From: Eledone cirrhosa
Taxonomy: Eukaryota
Assembly: GCA_964016885.1 (NCBI GenBank)
Contig: OZ024747.1
Span: 33,914,001 to 33,978,000, forward strand
DNA length: 64,000 bases
Direction: 5' to 3'
Shown: positions 12,901-27,084 of the stretch, piece after piece
Layout: each line of letters begins with the position of its first letter
Numbering within the stretch: position 1 is the stretch's first letter
Made by a program: the position numbers and the translations under genes
Notes under the pieces: generated by a model
Told to the model about the DNA's origin: nothing
What the model saw: the letters and a program-made list of their open reading frames with translations, nothing else
Databases searched by the model: none

Positions 12901-13500
12901 TGTGACAGACCTGTGACAGACAAACTAAAACACACACACACAGCACACTGCCACACACACACATGCACCCCCCCCCCACACACACACACACGTGTGTATT
13001 TTCGTATATACACTCTCATACATACACACTCATACGCTCTAAAACCATATTCCAAAAATAAAATTTCTTTTACAACCCTACTTTTGCCAATCCTATTTAC
13101 CTCCCTCACCCATATAATTTGTCTCTAGCTTACATTTCCCCCTTTTGCCACCCCATCTGAACTCTTGACCAGTCCATTTATACAATTGAGATACATGCAC
13201 ATATTTATAGAAAATCTCTTTCTCCCTAAAAATAATTTTGTTCTGTATTGAAAAACACAACGACCACCACTGCTGCTACTATGATTACCTCTCTCTATAC
13301 ACAACATTCCATTTTTCCAGTTTTCTTCTCAACAACAAAGTTGAACAAACTTGCCTCAACACTTGATTTTAAATCTTTAATTTTTAATTCTTTTTAATTC
13401 TTTTTAATTGTAATATTCAACATTGATAAGATGGATCAAAACCGGTATTATTTGATATATTATATATACATTATAAAACACGTTTTTAAAAGAATTGTCC
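9990..13500 (+). mobile_element. Penelope-like element 1 (Neptune-type), decayed, with inverted 5' pLTR
   Basis: LSKGLIFTPTP, IIKEPDKG, FYGLPKIH, LRPII, FDVVNLYTNI, WKIYLDD, CGRTNCGT linker and GIY-YIG relic (10709-12720). 10010-10415 is the reverse complement of 12700-13110. Confidence 0.9.
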
Positions 13501-14529
13501 TTCACATTTTTTCAATGTCACTTTGATGGATCAAAGAAAGGAAAAAAAAAATTATCTGGGCCACGCATCTGTAACATGTTCATAACTGTGCCTAATCAGT
13601 AAAAACCTCAACGTGAAGCATTGTTTTATTTTTAATATATGCATTCTGCTCTAACACAGAGTATTTATATTGGTACCCTCAGTGAACCATACATTTATTG
13701 AATCATCCAATTATTTATTTATATATGGTAGAATAGAAAATGGAAATGAAACAGTGATGATGATGATGATGATATATGTGTGTATTAGCTAAGTTTATTA
13801 CTACAGCTACTGGCACTCAATGTTGTTGCAATAATCTGTCTCATGTTGATGAGATGTCGAGGTAGAGTTACACCCCAGGCATTATGATTGCACCCTGAGC
13901 TGATGGATATTGAAAAAATTGTGATATGCCAATAAAGTTTATATATATATGGTGCAACAATGACTTTCATGCTGCAAAACATGTCCCATTCTCCAGCGAT
14001 ATGATGACAATAATAATATTATTAATAGTAATATATCTATGAAAACAAGTTTTAAAAAAAGAAAGATAAATAAAACAATGCCCCTCCCCCACCCACCACT
14101 TCGAGAATAATGAAAAACAACAACTTGAGCTGCAATAATTATTCTGTATCCAATTATCTTCTGGGTCTCAATATCCATATAAAATCCACCCAAAAAATAT
14201 CCCATTCTATTTTTTTTGCCTTTTAAAAATTATTTTTTAACAGGCAGTATAATTAATTGAGAATATCTTAACCTTCGGCAATATGTTTCAATATTTTAGA
14301 ACATATTTGAATAACATGCAATATCTTATAACAAATTAGGAAATAAAATTTATATGTGAAAACCTATTTAGTTGTGGCATAAAGGAATTTGAGATTGTCA
14401 TCCAAATTTAATAAAACAATATTTGATTGGCAATCTCAAGTGAATGATTACAATTTTGACCTTTGTAATCGGATTTAGTGGAATATCGCAGTAGAGTACT
14501 GTTAGTATGGACACACACACACACACATT

Positions 14530-14581
<52 letters not shown>

Positions 14582-14791
14582 TACATATACACACACATAT
14601 ATACACATATACATATACAAACACATATAGACATATATATATATACACATATACATATATATATATATATACATAAACATGTATGTATATACACACACAC
14701 ACACACATATATATATACATACACACACACACATATATATATATGTATATATATATATGCATACATAAACACATATATATATATAAGTAAC

Positions 14792-14829
<38 letters not shown>

Positions 14830-15532
14830 TACATTGTAGGTCGCTTTAACCCGTCTTTTATTATTCAAAAAACTTCTTGCCAATAAGCATTAACCCTTTG
14901 TGCACCATTCATCTAACTGTAGACCAACAAATACCAACTAAATGGAGCGTTGACAAAAACGGTGGCGAATGAATCTTCGAGGTAAGCAGTTTCCTCCCAA
15001 GCTGTTAGTTCACGCGGGATTCTCTGCTACACCTTTTCGTAATAATACCGAACAACGTACTGCTGCTCACTGCTTCTTCTAAAAGCCGTACAAAGCGGAC
15101 ATGTGCATCGGGCAGATGGATCGGGTGCAAATCTACACTGCGAGAAATTCGCAAGGGACTGCACCGACAGGGATAGAGGCAAATAGTAACTTAGTGGAAA
15201 TAGTGTGAATGAACTTTTGAGGTAAGTAGCCTACGCCTTACTGCTATGACACTGGAAACTTCTGCCAACTTAACCTGTGACTTTCTCTTTCACATTTACT
15301 CCAAAAGGCCAAAACAGAGGAGTATGAAAAGAAGGGGCTTAACAATATTTCTATGAACAATCCATGTAGGCAGCTAAACTGTACTGTCAACTTTTTAATT
15401 TTCTACAAATAAAACAAGTTTCCTGTCGGTATATTTTTGTGAGTTTTTAACAGGCACTCCCAAATAAACGTTTCTCATTGGAGGTGCTATTACCAATGTT
15501 CTTACCTGTGCAACGCCGGGATACACTGCTAG
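14830..15532 (+). mobile_element. Probable non-autonomous Helitron (3' end clear, 5' end approximate)
   Basis: Imperfect hairpin cctgtgcaacgccggg (15505-15520), then CTAG (15529-15532) and T. Confidence 0.5.
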
Positions 15533-15613
15533 TATATAATAATATTTGTTTCAGAAGATCCCATTAAGGTTGAAAGCAGTGATTCTTTGCTCAAACTTTA
15601 ATCTGTTCTTATA

Positions 15614-15649
<36 letters not shown>

Positions 15650-15866
15650 TCGCGCGGTCCATCCGACAAGGGTGCCCTCTCTCCTCCCTTCTGTATGTGT
15701 TGACTCTCGAGCCACTACTGCGGAAGTTGGAGTTGTTGCAGGGCATCCCTTTGGAACCGGGATTGCGGAAAGCGGTGTCGGCCTACGCCGATGACGTGAC
15801 AGTAATGGTGTCGACGGCCTCCGAAATCGATGCGGTCGGCACCTTACTGGAGGAGTACGAAAGAAC
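15650..15866 (+). mobile_element. Tx1/L1-like RT fragment
   Basis: SIRQGCPLSSLLYVLTLEPLLRKL...VSAYADDVTV. Confidence 0.8.
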
Positions 15867-15894
15867 AATTTGTCAGCATTTTCTATTCCGTTTA

Positions 15895-15933
<39 letters not shown>

Positions 15934-17322
15934 ATATATATCTTCATGTGTGTGTATATATATTTATATATATGTATATATGTATATATGTGTGTGTGTG
16001 CATCTATGTGCACACAATAAAAGTAACTATGACTATGTCAATGTATATATATATATAGAAACTTTTAGGATATAGGCATGTATGTATGCATATATGTATT
16101 AGGTGGGGTCGAAACACAACCATTTTTAAGGAAACTTAATTCCACTCTATGCACAGAGTTTCAATTAATATTTCGAATAAAATATACAAAAATCAGGGTT
16201 ATGTGACCCCCCGCCCCCGTATGCTTGGCATACACACAAATAAATACCCTAATTTTATATATTAATCATATAATCTCTAACACATATATACTACATTGCT
16301 TCATATCCACATATGAAACATTTGATCATATTTCACTGTAGCAACCTTGTTTAAAACATCTGATGAGGAAATATAGAACAACGTTTAAATATGTGTTAAA
16401 TGATTTTTTTAAAGAAAATGCTAAATGATTTTCTTTTGTTTTTCATATTACTTCAGAGCTTAATATAATTTTACAAAAATGCCTACATAAATTTAAACTG
16501 TAATAATTTAAGTATATAAAATGATATAATGGCAACTAGTAAAAGCCGTAATTCAGCATTTCGATTTCCTGCAGAATTTCCTACAGCAATGACCCCATCA
16601 AAGGCTGATGTATTCTGACATTATTTATATATAAGAAAACGTGAAGAACAGACATCAAAAACTTCACCCACACAGAAAGAATGCTACCAGATTGTTGCTG
16701 CAGATGTGCAAACAATATGGGACGAATTTCCTTTTCCTTAGTTTGAGGGAATAGCTCTAAAAATTGAGAGATTAATTGAATCTGCTTATAAATTAAACAA
16801 AACACCTATCAAGCAGTTGGGAGCAAGATCACATCGTAAAATCCATCATGCAAGGTGGTTAACATGTTCAAACAGAAGATTTTCGTCAGTGGTGCTGGCA
16901 TGTTTCCTCCTGTTGTATTATATGTCTACGCCATCTCTATTTAATCTGTTTATTTATTTATTTTTGTCTTCTTCTCTGCACATGCGTTTGCGTGTGTGTA
17001 TAATGTTTGATGTGTGTTTGCGTGTGTGTATAATGTTTGATGTGTGTTTGCGTTTGGGTGACTGTGTTTTGGTTATTGTAGTCTATCTTAGTTTACTAGT
17101 TTGTGTTTTTCTCACATCTGATGTGAGAAAAACCACAGACCCTCCATCTCAACTCTACTTTTGAAAAGCAGAAGAACTGCGAAACTGGTAAAGGAACCAA
17201 ATATATATATATATTTTTTTAAAAATAAGACTCCAGTTGCATTTTCGATTTCATCTTTTTTTATTTATACTTTCACTTGTGTAGGACAGCTCAGTTATTT
17301 TTTATTTTGTAAAAAATCTCAC

Positions 17323-17376
<54 letters not shown>

Positions 17377-17378
<2 letters not shown>

Positions 17379-17930
17379 AGGCACATGGCTTAGTGGTTAG
17401 AACATTGGGATTGCAATCGAAAGGTTGTGAGTTCAATTCTCAGACCGGGTGATGTGTTGTTTCCTTGAGCAAGACACTTTATTTCACATTGCTCCAGTTT
17501 ACTCAGCTGTAGAAATGAGATGATAGGGACTGGGGTCACTATCATTCCACTGCAAAGTGGTCGTGGAGGTGCCACGGCAAAAAAACACCCAGCACTCACT
17601 GTAAATGAGGTTGGTGTTAGGAAAGGCATCCAGCTGTACAAATCAAGGGGAGGTCATCTTAAAATATATATATATATATATAGTGGTCGTGGAGGTATAT
17701 ATATATATATATATATATATAGTCGTCGTGGAGGTGCCATGGCAAAAAAGCACCCAGCCCACACTGTAAAGTGGACGTGTAGCCGCCACGGAAAAACAAG
17801 CACCCACCACTCACTGTAAATGAGGTTGGTGTTAGGAAGGGCATCCAGCTGTACAAATCAAGCCAGAATCAGTTCCCGTCCCACCCTTGGAAGCAGGGAA
17901 AAGCGGACATAAAATGATGATGATGATGAT
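17377..17930 (+). mobile_element. tRNA-derived SINE, family 2, RTE-like 3' tail, internal duplication
   Basis: A box tggcttagtgg, B box gagttcaattc, core ccttgagcaagacactt, tail aggaagggcatccagctgta..(gat)n. Confidence 0.85.
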
Positions 17931-20181
17931 AGGTAGAGCTTTTTTGATAAACCAAAGGAAATAACTATGAAATGAAAGAGCTGAAATTTAGCTGGTTTAG
18001 TCATAAACTGGTATTACACCTTCAGTATACCGTGGCTCTTCAGATGTCATAATATAAAAGAACAAAATCTATTTGATTTGAAATTGTAAAATTATTTATC
18101 CAACCATAGAAACCATGCCAAAATCAGGAATGTATGATCAAGTTGACATTCTTCAACCTCATCTGCTCATGAACAGCAACATAAAACATCAGCCTTTTCA
18201 CTCCTCACAGCAACCATATTGACATCCAGCTCTTTTGAATTTACCACCACCACGACCACCACCATTTTTGCCAAAGTATTTCTTCACTAGTTTCCTTTGA
18301 TTCTGAATTCTATTCTAATCTTAGCTTTATTACATTTGACGGGTTGATTCATATAAAAAATATAATACTTTATTTTACTTATTATACTAGTCTGTATAAT
18401 CAGATCATGCATTGTGAAGGAAATACACACTGTTATATGAAAGTACGGTATATTTGATAATATACTTTGTTTATTTAAAAATATTTTGAAGACCATTCGC
18501 TATGAATTTTAAAGTAGTGATTATGTCATGTACTTAGTCTCTGCAAAAGCAAAGGAGGAGTAATCGATGGTAGTACCATTTTTCACTTGTAAGTTGTTGT
18601 CAAGACTACATACCACTTTGCTTCTGCCGAGGGTTATAGAAGCTGGATTCTTATAGAATTCCATTTATGTTTATGAGCCTGATTATACTCATTAACATAC
18701 AGAGCAATTGTCGGCCCAGCAACAATTAGAAATTAGTGTTGGTGCTCTGAAATAGTGATGTATATATGAAGTATATACACGTATAAGTACGTGATGGAGT
18801 CACTACTTTAAAATTCATAGCGAATGGTCATCAAAATGTTTTTAAATAAACATACAGTATATTATCAAATATACTAGACATACATTCATGTATACATTGC
18901 TATTTCAGAGCACCAATACAAACACTGTTATATATTTTCATTTTTGTGAAAGGAGAGTCTCTCTTTATTGTATATTTCTGATTCATAAATATTGTTGGTT
19001 ATTTTTCCAAATCTATTTACTGAATAATAATCCTTAGAATTATTCTTTATAGAGTTTCAACTAAGATAAGATACTGAAACTAAAGTAAGAAAACTAGATT
19101 TTATATATTACATATATGTTTCCTTTTCAAGGTTTGCGACATTGTGTATAAACCTTTCTGTATTTTAAAGATTGATGGAAATTTATAAATATACCTTTTA
19201 CCATTTCATTTATTTATTGTGATTTATTGTGATTTATTCAATACATAATTAAAGTTAGAACTGATTGGCTTGAGTTTCACATTCACAGTCATTGTGTCAT
19301 ATAGTCATAAGTAATATATTCATCATGGAATGAATGAATACATTTATGCAATAAGATTAATGTAAAAAAGAATTGCTGTCATGCAGCTTCACAACAGCAA
19401 GAAGTGTCCAAATTTGATAAGAGGCCAATTCAATGGTTAATGCTCTCTGATGAGAAACTGATTTGATCCTTATTAATTCAAGATCTTCATGTTGCCTTTG
19501 TTGGACCAATGGACCCTGTGTTCAGAACAACATCATTGTCATCATTGTTTAATGTCTATTTTTCTATACTTGCATGCATTAGATGGGCTGTCCTGTTATG
19601 ATACAAGTCAGGTCTGGAGTCTGGAGAACATGTCTTTCTCATACAGATCTATATTTTTGACTGGGTGTTTTTTGTTGTGTCACCAGCCTGACTACCTTAC
19701 ATGGTGGACTGGGTGCTTTTGTCATGTCACCAGCATGAACCCTTACAATATGGACTGGTTACGTTTTCTCATGTCACAAGCATGACTACTTTACCTGGTG
19801 GACTGGGTGCTTTTCATCATGTCCCCTGCATGGACACCTTACAGGGAGAACAGGGTGCTTTTTAACCTTGTGAGTCAAAACGAAAAAATAAATTACTTCT
19901 ATATTCCCCATAGGCAAGTACAACTTTTTCTAACAATGAAAACAGCAAAAACACACAACAGCCATCTGACTGTTTCTTCCACAAGTTGACCACAATAAAT
20001 AGCAGTCAAATCTTAGACAAGTCATACCCTGCTGTCTTGAAATAAACAAGGACTTATTTAACACTTTTGTTACTAACCCAGCCAAAACTGGCTCTGAATC
20101 TATGAAATAAAATCACCCATTTTAAAGGTGTTCTATTTCTCTAAAAAACGTTCAACAATTTATATAAGAAACATACATTAA

Positions 20182-20914
20182 CCCTTTAACGTTTACATTA
20201 TTCTGAAGGTAGATCCCTCATCTGGGGCACCACGTGCTGCGACACGTTCTCCGCCTCCAACTTAGTTGCTTTGGCCACAAACCCTGGCACCACAGCCCGC
20301 CTTGCAGAAGAATGTAAAATAAACAAATACCAGGGTTTGTCCGGACGCTTCCTTTTCGCACCGGTCACCATCGAGACCTCAGGCATACTGCTGAGATCTC
20401 CCACAAGATCGGAGCGTCAGTAGCCCATCTGCTGGGTGGCTGTTGCAGTGGGTGTCACTGGCCATCGTCCGGGGGAATGCTTTTGCCGTCTTGTCCAAAG
20501 GGCGCAGCACTCCTGCCCCCTTTCCCAAAGCCCAATCAGTCTCCCACTTCACCCCCTCTCTTCTGTGACACCAGAGCTTTTGCCAACCCTTCCCTTTCCC
20601 GTTCCTTTTCTTCTTCCTTTCTCCATTTTTTTCCTATAATTCCCTATTCTTTCTTTCCTTTTGTTTCCCCTTTTTTATTCTTTACTAAATAAGGTTTGTT
20701 TTTTTTGGCTTTTGAAAAAATGTTACCATCATATTTTCATGGTAAAGTCTCTACCTCACATAATTATCTGATAATATCAAATGTATGAGATTTTGATATT
20801 ATTTATTTTGAGAACAATACCTTAACATCAATATGAGCAGCTGGTTACGGCCAGTTCGAACAAAAAGAGATGAGAAAATTCTGGCCAGATCCGGCTGGTT
20901 TAAATGCTAAAGGG
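20182..20914. mobile_element. piggyBac-like non-autonomous element (TTAA-flanked) containing a non-LTR fragment
   Basis: TTAA-ccctttaacgtttaca ... tttaaatgctaaaggg-TTAA. Confidence 0.6.
20205..20700 (+). mobile_element. 3' fragment of RLE-endonuclease non-LTR retrotransposon (CRE-like)
   Basis: GRSLIWGTTCCDTF..ARLAEECKINKY..FAPVTIETSG, followed by a pyrimidine-rich tail. Confidence 0.65.
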
Positions 20915-23324
20915 TTAAGATACTATCTTAGTAATTGATAATTTTAGAAAATACCTCAAAATTCTTCTTTCCCTAATTGAAATAGAGTGTGTATCATTAG
21001 AAATGTTAAGAAAGGGTCAAATAATGATATCCTAAATATAGTATGCATCAAAAAGCAAGAGGGGACTGCCACCTCTGAAATAATTTTGATGACTGTCCTG
21101 CTCAATCAAGTCTGTCCTGTAACTAGATAACAGTACACAACAAGATAAATACTGTAGTTCACATCATCACTATGATGACTACAACTAGCAAATGATAGCT
21201 TAATTTAAGTCTTATCAAAACTTCCTCATTTCTATCCTAATAATCTGGATTGACAGGAAAAAATACCAAAAATAACATTAAACCTGATTCAAATAAAACA
21301 TTAGCAAATAATTTCAGTCTATCAGAAAACATACAATTAAGTTGATGCCACTATTTTCAAACTAAAAATGCTCCTTACTCTCTCTCTCTCTCTTTTTTAA
21401 TGTTCTACTGAATTTATCTTTACTATGCACTCTCGTACAAAAACAAAAACAAAAAACCCATGATTATACTGAATTTTAAAAAGTCTAGGCAATAAACAAA
21501 GAAATATTTTTTTCTAAAAATACCAAAACAAGATAAATAGGAAAAAAAGATAAGATACTAGAAATAAATGGAATAAAAAAGTAACAAATAAATACTAAAA
21601 TAAACACAAGCTAGCTGTGATTTCTAATTTAGCTAAACTGTCCTTGTTGAAAGCATTTGCATAAGGACTAATGTTTAATTACACACTAATTTTTTTTCAA
21701 TGAAATTAATTAGAGTGATTCCGTGTCTTTAGAAAGCTGGAAGGATTCCACCAATCAAGTGAATAATCTCACACAAACAGATATTCACTGGCTGATATAC
21801 AAAACGATATCCACACAATAGAAGAAGTGAGAACAAGAGCAACAACTACTACATTAGCAATCACATTAAGCATCATGTACATGTAGTTACTAATACTAAA
21901 TCAGCTGCATGCAATACAGTTATCTTCAGCTTCTCTTTAACCCGTAACACCTGAGGGAATCAAAGGGGTAACATATTGACAATTTGTGTTTCTTAGCCAT
22001 TTTAAAACCTGGCAGAGCCCATCTCTTCTCTAGGTTTGACTACAGAAGATTTCATCCAGAGAAGGATAGTTGGTTTGTGTGTGTTTATGTCATGAAAGTA
22101 AAATGAAAGTAAAAAATTGATATAGGAGAAGAATTGACCCCAGTAATGGACCTGTGCTTTTTTTAATCAACTTTGTATGGATGAAAGGCAAAGTTGCCCT
22201 CAGTAGGATTTAAACTCGGAGTGAACACCATAAAACATTCTATCCAATGTTCTAATGACTCTGTTAATTGTAGTCACAGTTGTGACATATGGCATTTCCT
22301 GGACATTTTAGAACCTGGCAGAGTCCATCACCTCTTCAGGTATGAATACAGCACATTTCTTCCATAGAAAGATAGAGAGAGAGGGAGGAAAGGGAGAAAG
22401 AGATATAGAGAAACAAATGACCACAGTACTAAACTGGGACTTTTTTTATTGACCTTGAATGGACGAAATGCAAAGTTGACCTCAGCAGCATTTGAATGCA
22501 GAATGCAGAAAGCCAGAACAAATATCATAATATGTTCTAACAAGTCTGTCAATTTGTCCCCATGAATGCAATATAGTAGTAACAGCCAAGTCTTCCTCAA
22601 CATGCTTCCCTACTGTCGATAAAATAGAGACCACAAATTATATGTCCCACATGTTGCTAGAGAGTGACGATAGGTGTTAATTAATATTATTGTCTCAACC
22701 TTGGTCATTTGTGAGGGAGTAGATATATAATTGAAGAGTATAGTATTAAGCAATAGGAAGGAATGAAAAAAATTATTACTAGTTGGTTTGTGTGTGTTTA
22801 TGTCAGGTCATTCTTCAGCACTACTGGTAGCATGTAACCCAGTACCTCCTGTGCACGGTTGGGTCGTTGGCGACTAAACCGGCAACTCCACCAATCTTGC
22901 TTGGTGAGGAGGGTGATTTTGGACACCCTGCAGGACAAAAAACAAAACCTGACAAAGGGCAGAAGAACTTATAAGAGTCAACGACCATATTTCTTTTATT
23001 TGTGTATGAAGCGAGAGACTCCTAGTCTTCATTAAGGAGAAGGTTACTCTGATATAAAACCTGCAAATTCGTTTGCATCCAATTAAGTAGACCAGTTCTT
23101 CTTTTTGGGCAAATGCATTCAATGTTTAGTAAGTAGGCTTGGCCCTGTGCAAAGTCTTTCCTCACTTAAAAAAACTTCAAGGCACCACTTGACATGTAAC
23201 ATTTTCTGTGATGCATGGTATTGCTGGCCATAGGCAAGTCCCTAGCAGGGTTAGAATGCCATGTCTGTGATGCTCATGTTTCAGTATCAAGTGATAGCAC
23301 TACTCGAAATCGATTTGCAGTCAT

Positions 23325-23399
<75 letters not shown>

Positions 23400-24548
23400 T
23401 AACTTTTCATGCAGTAATCATCTTTGTGTATATTTCTTCAATCATTCTTTTGACATAATGAAACGCATTCACATTAAACATATTCTAACAAAACATATTC
23501 ATAAAATTATCTATTAGCACTAATGTTGTATTTCTTTATCTAACATGTTTTACTTCACATAAAGCCTCATTGAGTTTGCCAGCAAATGAATTCTATATAG
23601 CTTTATTGTGTTATGCATTCGGTGGTGCACTGAAAACGTTTTTCTGTTAGAACGTCATAAAAAAAATCACAAACAATAAATGACAAAAGGAAGAAGGAGA
23701 GAAGGAGTCAACCATCTTTGTCTCTATTTCTACAATATTTCCCCATGTGTTGTGCATACTCATGTATAATGCGCACCCCGTTTTGACCAGAAAAATGTCT
23801 GGAAAAGCCTAGTTTTGATGTTTGAATATTTAATTGTGAGTTACACCGGGCACCCCCAAAACAAACAAAGAAAAAAGTAAAAAAAAAACAAAAAACTGCA
23901 CAGCCTACACTGAATACATGGAAGAATACGATAACTTTATAATGGTACTACAACATAAAATAATATCAGAATCCTATAATAATATCAGAACATAAAAAAA
24001 ACCTCTCTATACAGCAGATAGATAACCATCAACCTAGGCATGAGGTTAGCTCCTCTAAGTGAAATATTCATACTTTGTAACTCCATACTGATTCAGCAGA
24101 TTCTTGCTGTTATGAGTTTCTGATTATGTAAATACAACAAACAGAAAAATGAATCTCAAATATATCACAAACTCTCGGCTTTCGAATAATCGTCTTCCCC
24201 TCCACATATTAATTTTTCAGATTCTATATTATTCTGGAATATTTACTTCTGCGTCTACAAATTGATTTTTCTCAGTTTCAGATTCTGCTGGTTAGGGTGA
24301 AAGTAGAAATTTTTGCTTCAACTGTATTAATAATAAACATTTGCTCTACGGGTTTATACATACTTATACACTCTTATCGAGTTCTCTTTGGATTTTGGTC
24401 TTTGTATATATTACTATATATATATATATATGTATGTATGTGTCAGTGTGGTGTGTGTATGTATATATATATATATGACCGGAACAAGTAAACATTAAAC
24501 AGTCTTTGAATAAATTAAAATACGATTTAAATATTTACCTCTTCTAAT

Positions 24549-24628
24549 GCCATTACCGACGGTTTCGCTGATCAAAAGATTGGAAATTCAGAGAATTTCC
24601 AATGGAGAGATACAGCTCTTCAGACAGC
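24549..24628 (-). ncRNA. Type I hammerhead ribozyme with extended stem II (family C)
   Basis: Minus strand: gctgt CTGAAGA gctg..ttggaaatt-ctctg-aatttccaa..cagc GAA ACCG-T-CGGT A atggc; all three stems pair. Confidence 0.8.
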
Positions 24629-25421
24629 TTTTCCAAACTTACTAGATATAAATCCGAGTAGAAGTAGATGTGTCGCTTTCTGCCCGGTGTATGAAATCAA
24701 GCCATTAAAATGACCCACACACAAATAGGCCATAAGAAACAGCGGGAATTATAGACTCATTAATATTTCATGTTACTAGAAATAGCAGCACGATACAACA
24801 TATTTTTCTCTCCATTAAAGGAGAATTCAAATAAATGATATAGATATTCCAGTAGGCACTAAGTACCCACGGAAATATATATGGTGTCTATAATAGTGGT
24901 TGTTCTATGGTACTAATTTGAGATACCATATATACACACACCACTTACTATGAATAATATAGATATCTATCAAACAGGTGAGGATATTTTATTAAAACAA
25001 AATTTGATAAAATATCGATGAAGAAATTATTATGTATCCAGTTTATTTTCAATTTATTTTCTCTGCATGATCTCCATATTTTATATCCAACAAAACTGAA
25101 AATGTCAGTCTTTCTATATAAAAAATTAAAACGAAAACTTACTTATCTTTTTTATTCCTCAATATTTACAAGACAAAACAATGTTGAAGAAAATTCTTTT
25201 TTCCAGCATGTTCAATTCAAAATATATTCCCATTGATTCTATTTCAGTTTTCATAATTTAGATTCAAAGGAAATATTCCAATGAGTATATTCTGCCATTC
25301 ATCTTTGTAAATTATCTTTTACTTGTAGAAATTACCTTCATGGAATTTTTGTTATTCTACGTGTTATTAAAACGATTTCTTCTTATATTGGCTACAGCTA
25401 TGTTGGATATGGCATACTTAC

Positions 25422-25519
25422 TTTGCTAATTTCTAAAAATATGATAAAGTTGATAATAATAGAAGAAGCTGTACATAAAGAATGAATAGGCCTAGCTAAA
25501 ACACAAGAGATATAAGCAC
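25422..25519 (-). CDS. Candidate host exon (unknown gene)
   Basis: Polypyrimidine+cag acceptor, gtaagt donor, open frame AYISCVLARPIHSLCTASSIIINFIIFLEISK. Confidence 0.3.
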
Positions 25520-25606
25520 CTGGTTAACAGCAAGATAGAAAAATGTGATGATAATAATTTCTAATTTAGGCACAAAGACAATAATTTTAGTGTAGGTGGT
25601 ATTAAT

Positions 25607-26021
25607 TATGAGGCTGGCTGAAAAGTTCATAGGCAGACTATGAAGTAGTGAAGCTAGAGCTGTGAAATCTTGCATCCATTATTTTCAACTCTTCTTATTA
25701 CTAACTGCATTGTTTCTTTCCTAGAACTGTGTTGAAAAATAAACCTCATTTGGTCATTCCATGAGAGTTTCTTGGCCATCATATGAACTTTTCAGCCGCT
25801 GCAGGGAGAGAAAATATATGTGGGTCAGCTGAAAAGTTCATAGGCTGATTATGAAGGAATGATGCTAGAGCTGTGAAATCTTGCATTCATTCATTCATTT
25901 CATTTCTTCTTATTAATAACTGCATTGTTCCTTTCCTAGAACTGTGTTGAAAAATAAACCTCATTTGGTCATTCCATGAGAGTATCTTGGTTAGCCTATG
26001 AACCTTTCAGCCGACCCTCAT
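25607..26021. mobile_element. Two tandem mariner-type MITE units
   Basis: TIR ta-tgaggnyrgctgaaaagttcatagg / cctatgaacctttcagccgaccctca-ta; ~200-bp unit duplicated. Confidence 0.75.
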
Positions 26022-27052
26022 ATACCAACCTCAGTATTTAACTGGTACTTTATTTACTCCCTGAAGGTTGTAAGGGAAAGTTAACGTTGGTGGGATTCAA
26101 ACTCAGAATGTTCACAAGTGGAACTAAAGATCATGGGGAATTTTGTTTTATGTTTTGTCACATAGCCAGTATTCTGAGTGTAGAGGAATATCAATTAAAA
26201 AGACCTCAATATTTGCCTGGTACTTTATCAATCCAGAAAGGATAAGAAGAAACATTGCCTCTGGTGGGATTTGAACACAAGATGCAAAATCCGAGGTGGT
26301 GTACAAGAAAGACTATGTTGGTATGTGCATCTGATGGATAATGAATACTAGATGAAGTGCCAGAAAATCACAGTGGAAGGAAGCTGCAGTAGAGGTAGAC
26401 CAAGAAAGAACTGGGCCAAGATTGTGAGATCTGATCTCAAAATACTAAGACTCACAGCGGTGAGGATGAAGAAACACAGCTAGTGGAGGGATGCTGTGTT
26501 GAAAAGAACCCTTTCAACCTATGCAAACATGGAAAAATGGATGTAAAAATAACAATGATAATGATGATGAACTTAAAAAGCTGTAACTTTATGCTAGTGA
26601 TTGTGATAATACAAATAATAGCGATAGTGATGATGATGATATGGTGGTTATGGTTGTGTTTCTTTCCCTAAATAATTGTTGCCAATAACAAGCATTTAAA
26701 ATACAGATAGGAAATATTTCCTTATTATTTGTGCATGCTAACTGAAATCAATGCCTGTAAGTCTGGGAGCATTTGCAGCAGTATTGCAATGGAATAGCAA
26801 ATGTTGAATCAAACACTTATGATGCTTTAACATACAAATTGCACCTCTTCAGTGTATGCATTACTCTATCATCTCAAGCAAAAGGCATAACAGTATGTAT
26901 AAGTTAGTCTGTTTATATATTTTAAGCTGTTTTCTCTGTGAAGCATGACCTGTGTGTATCAAAGGTTTGCAGAAGGGTCAACCTAAGCTAAAATAGACAT
27001 TTCATTGAATTATACATATATACATGCATTTGAACATATATATCCCCCCTCC

Positions 27053-27084
<32 letters not shown>

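Noticed and set aside
14398-14883. Many YIYI/CVCV/THTH ORFs here and throughout the ORF track
   Set aside because: Translations of (TA)n/(GT)n/(CA)n microsatellites.
18198-18303. Minus-strand peptide ..GKFKRAGCQYGCCEE* resembling a neuropeptide/insulin end
   Set aside because: Cysteine spacing does not fit insulin, no upstream exon or signal peptide was found, and it is partly a (GGT)n repeat.
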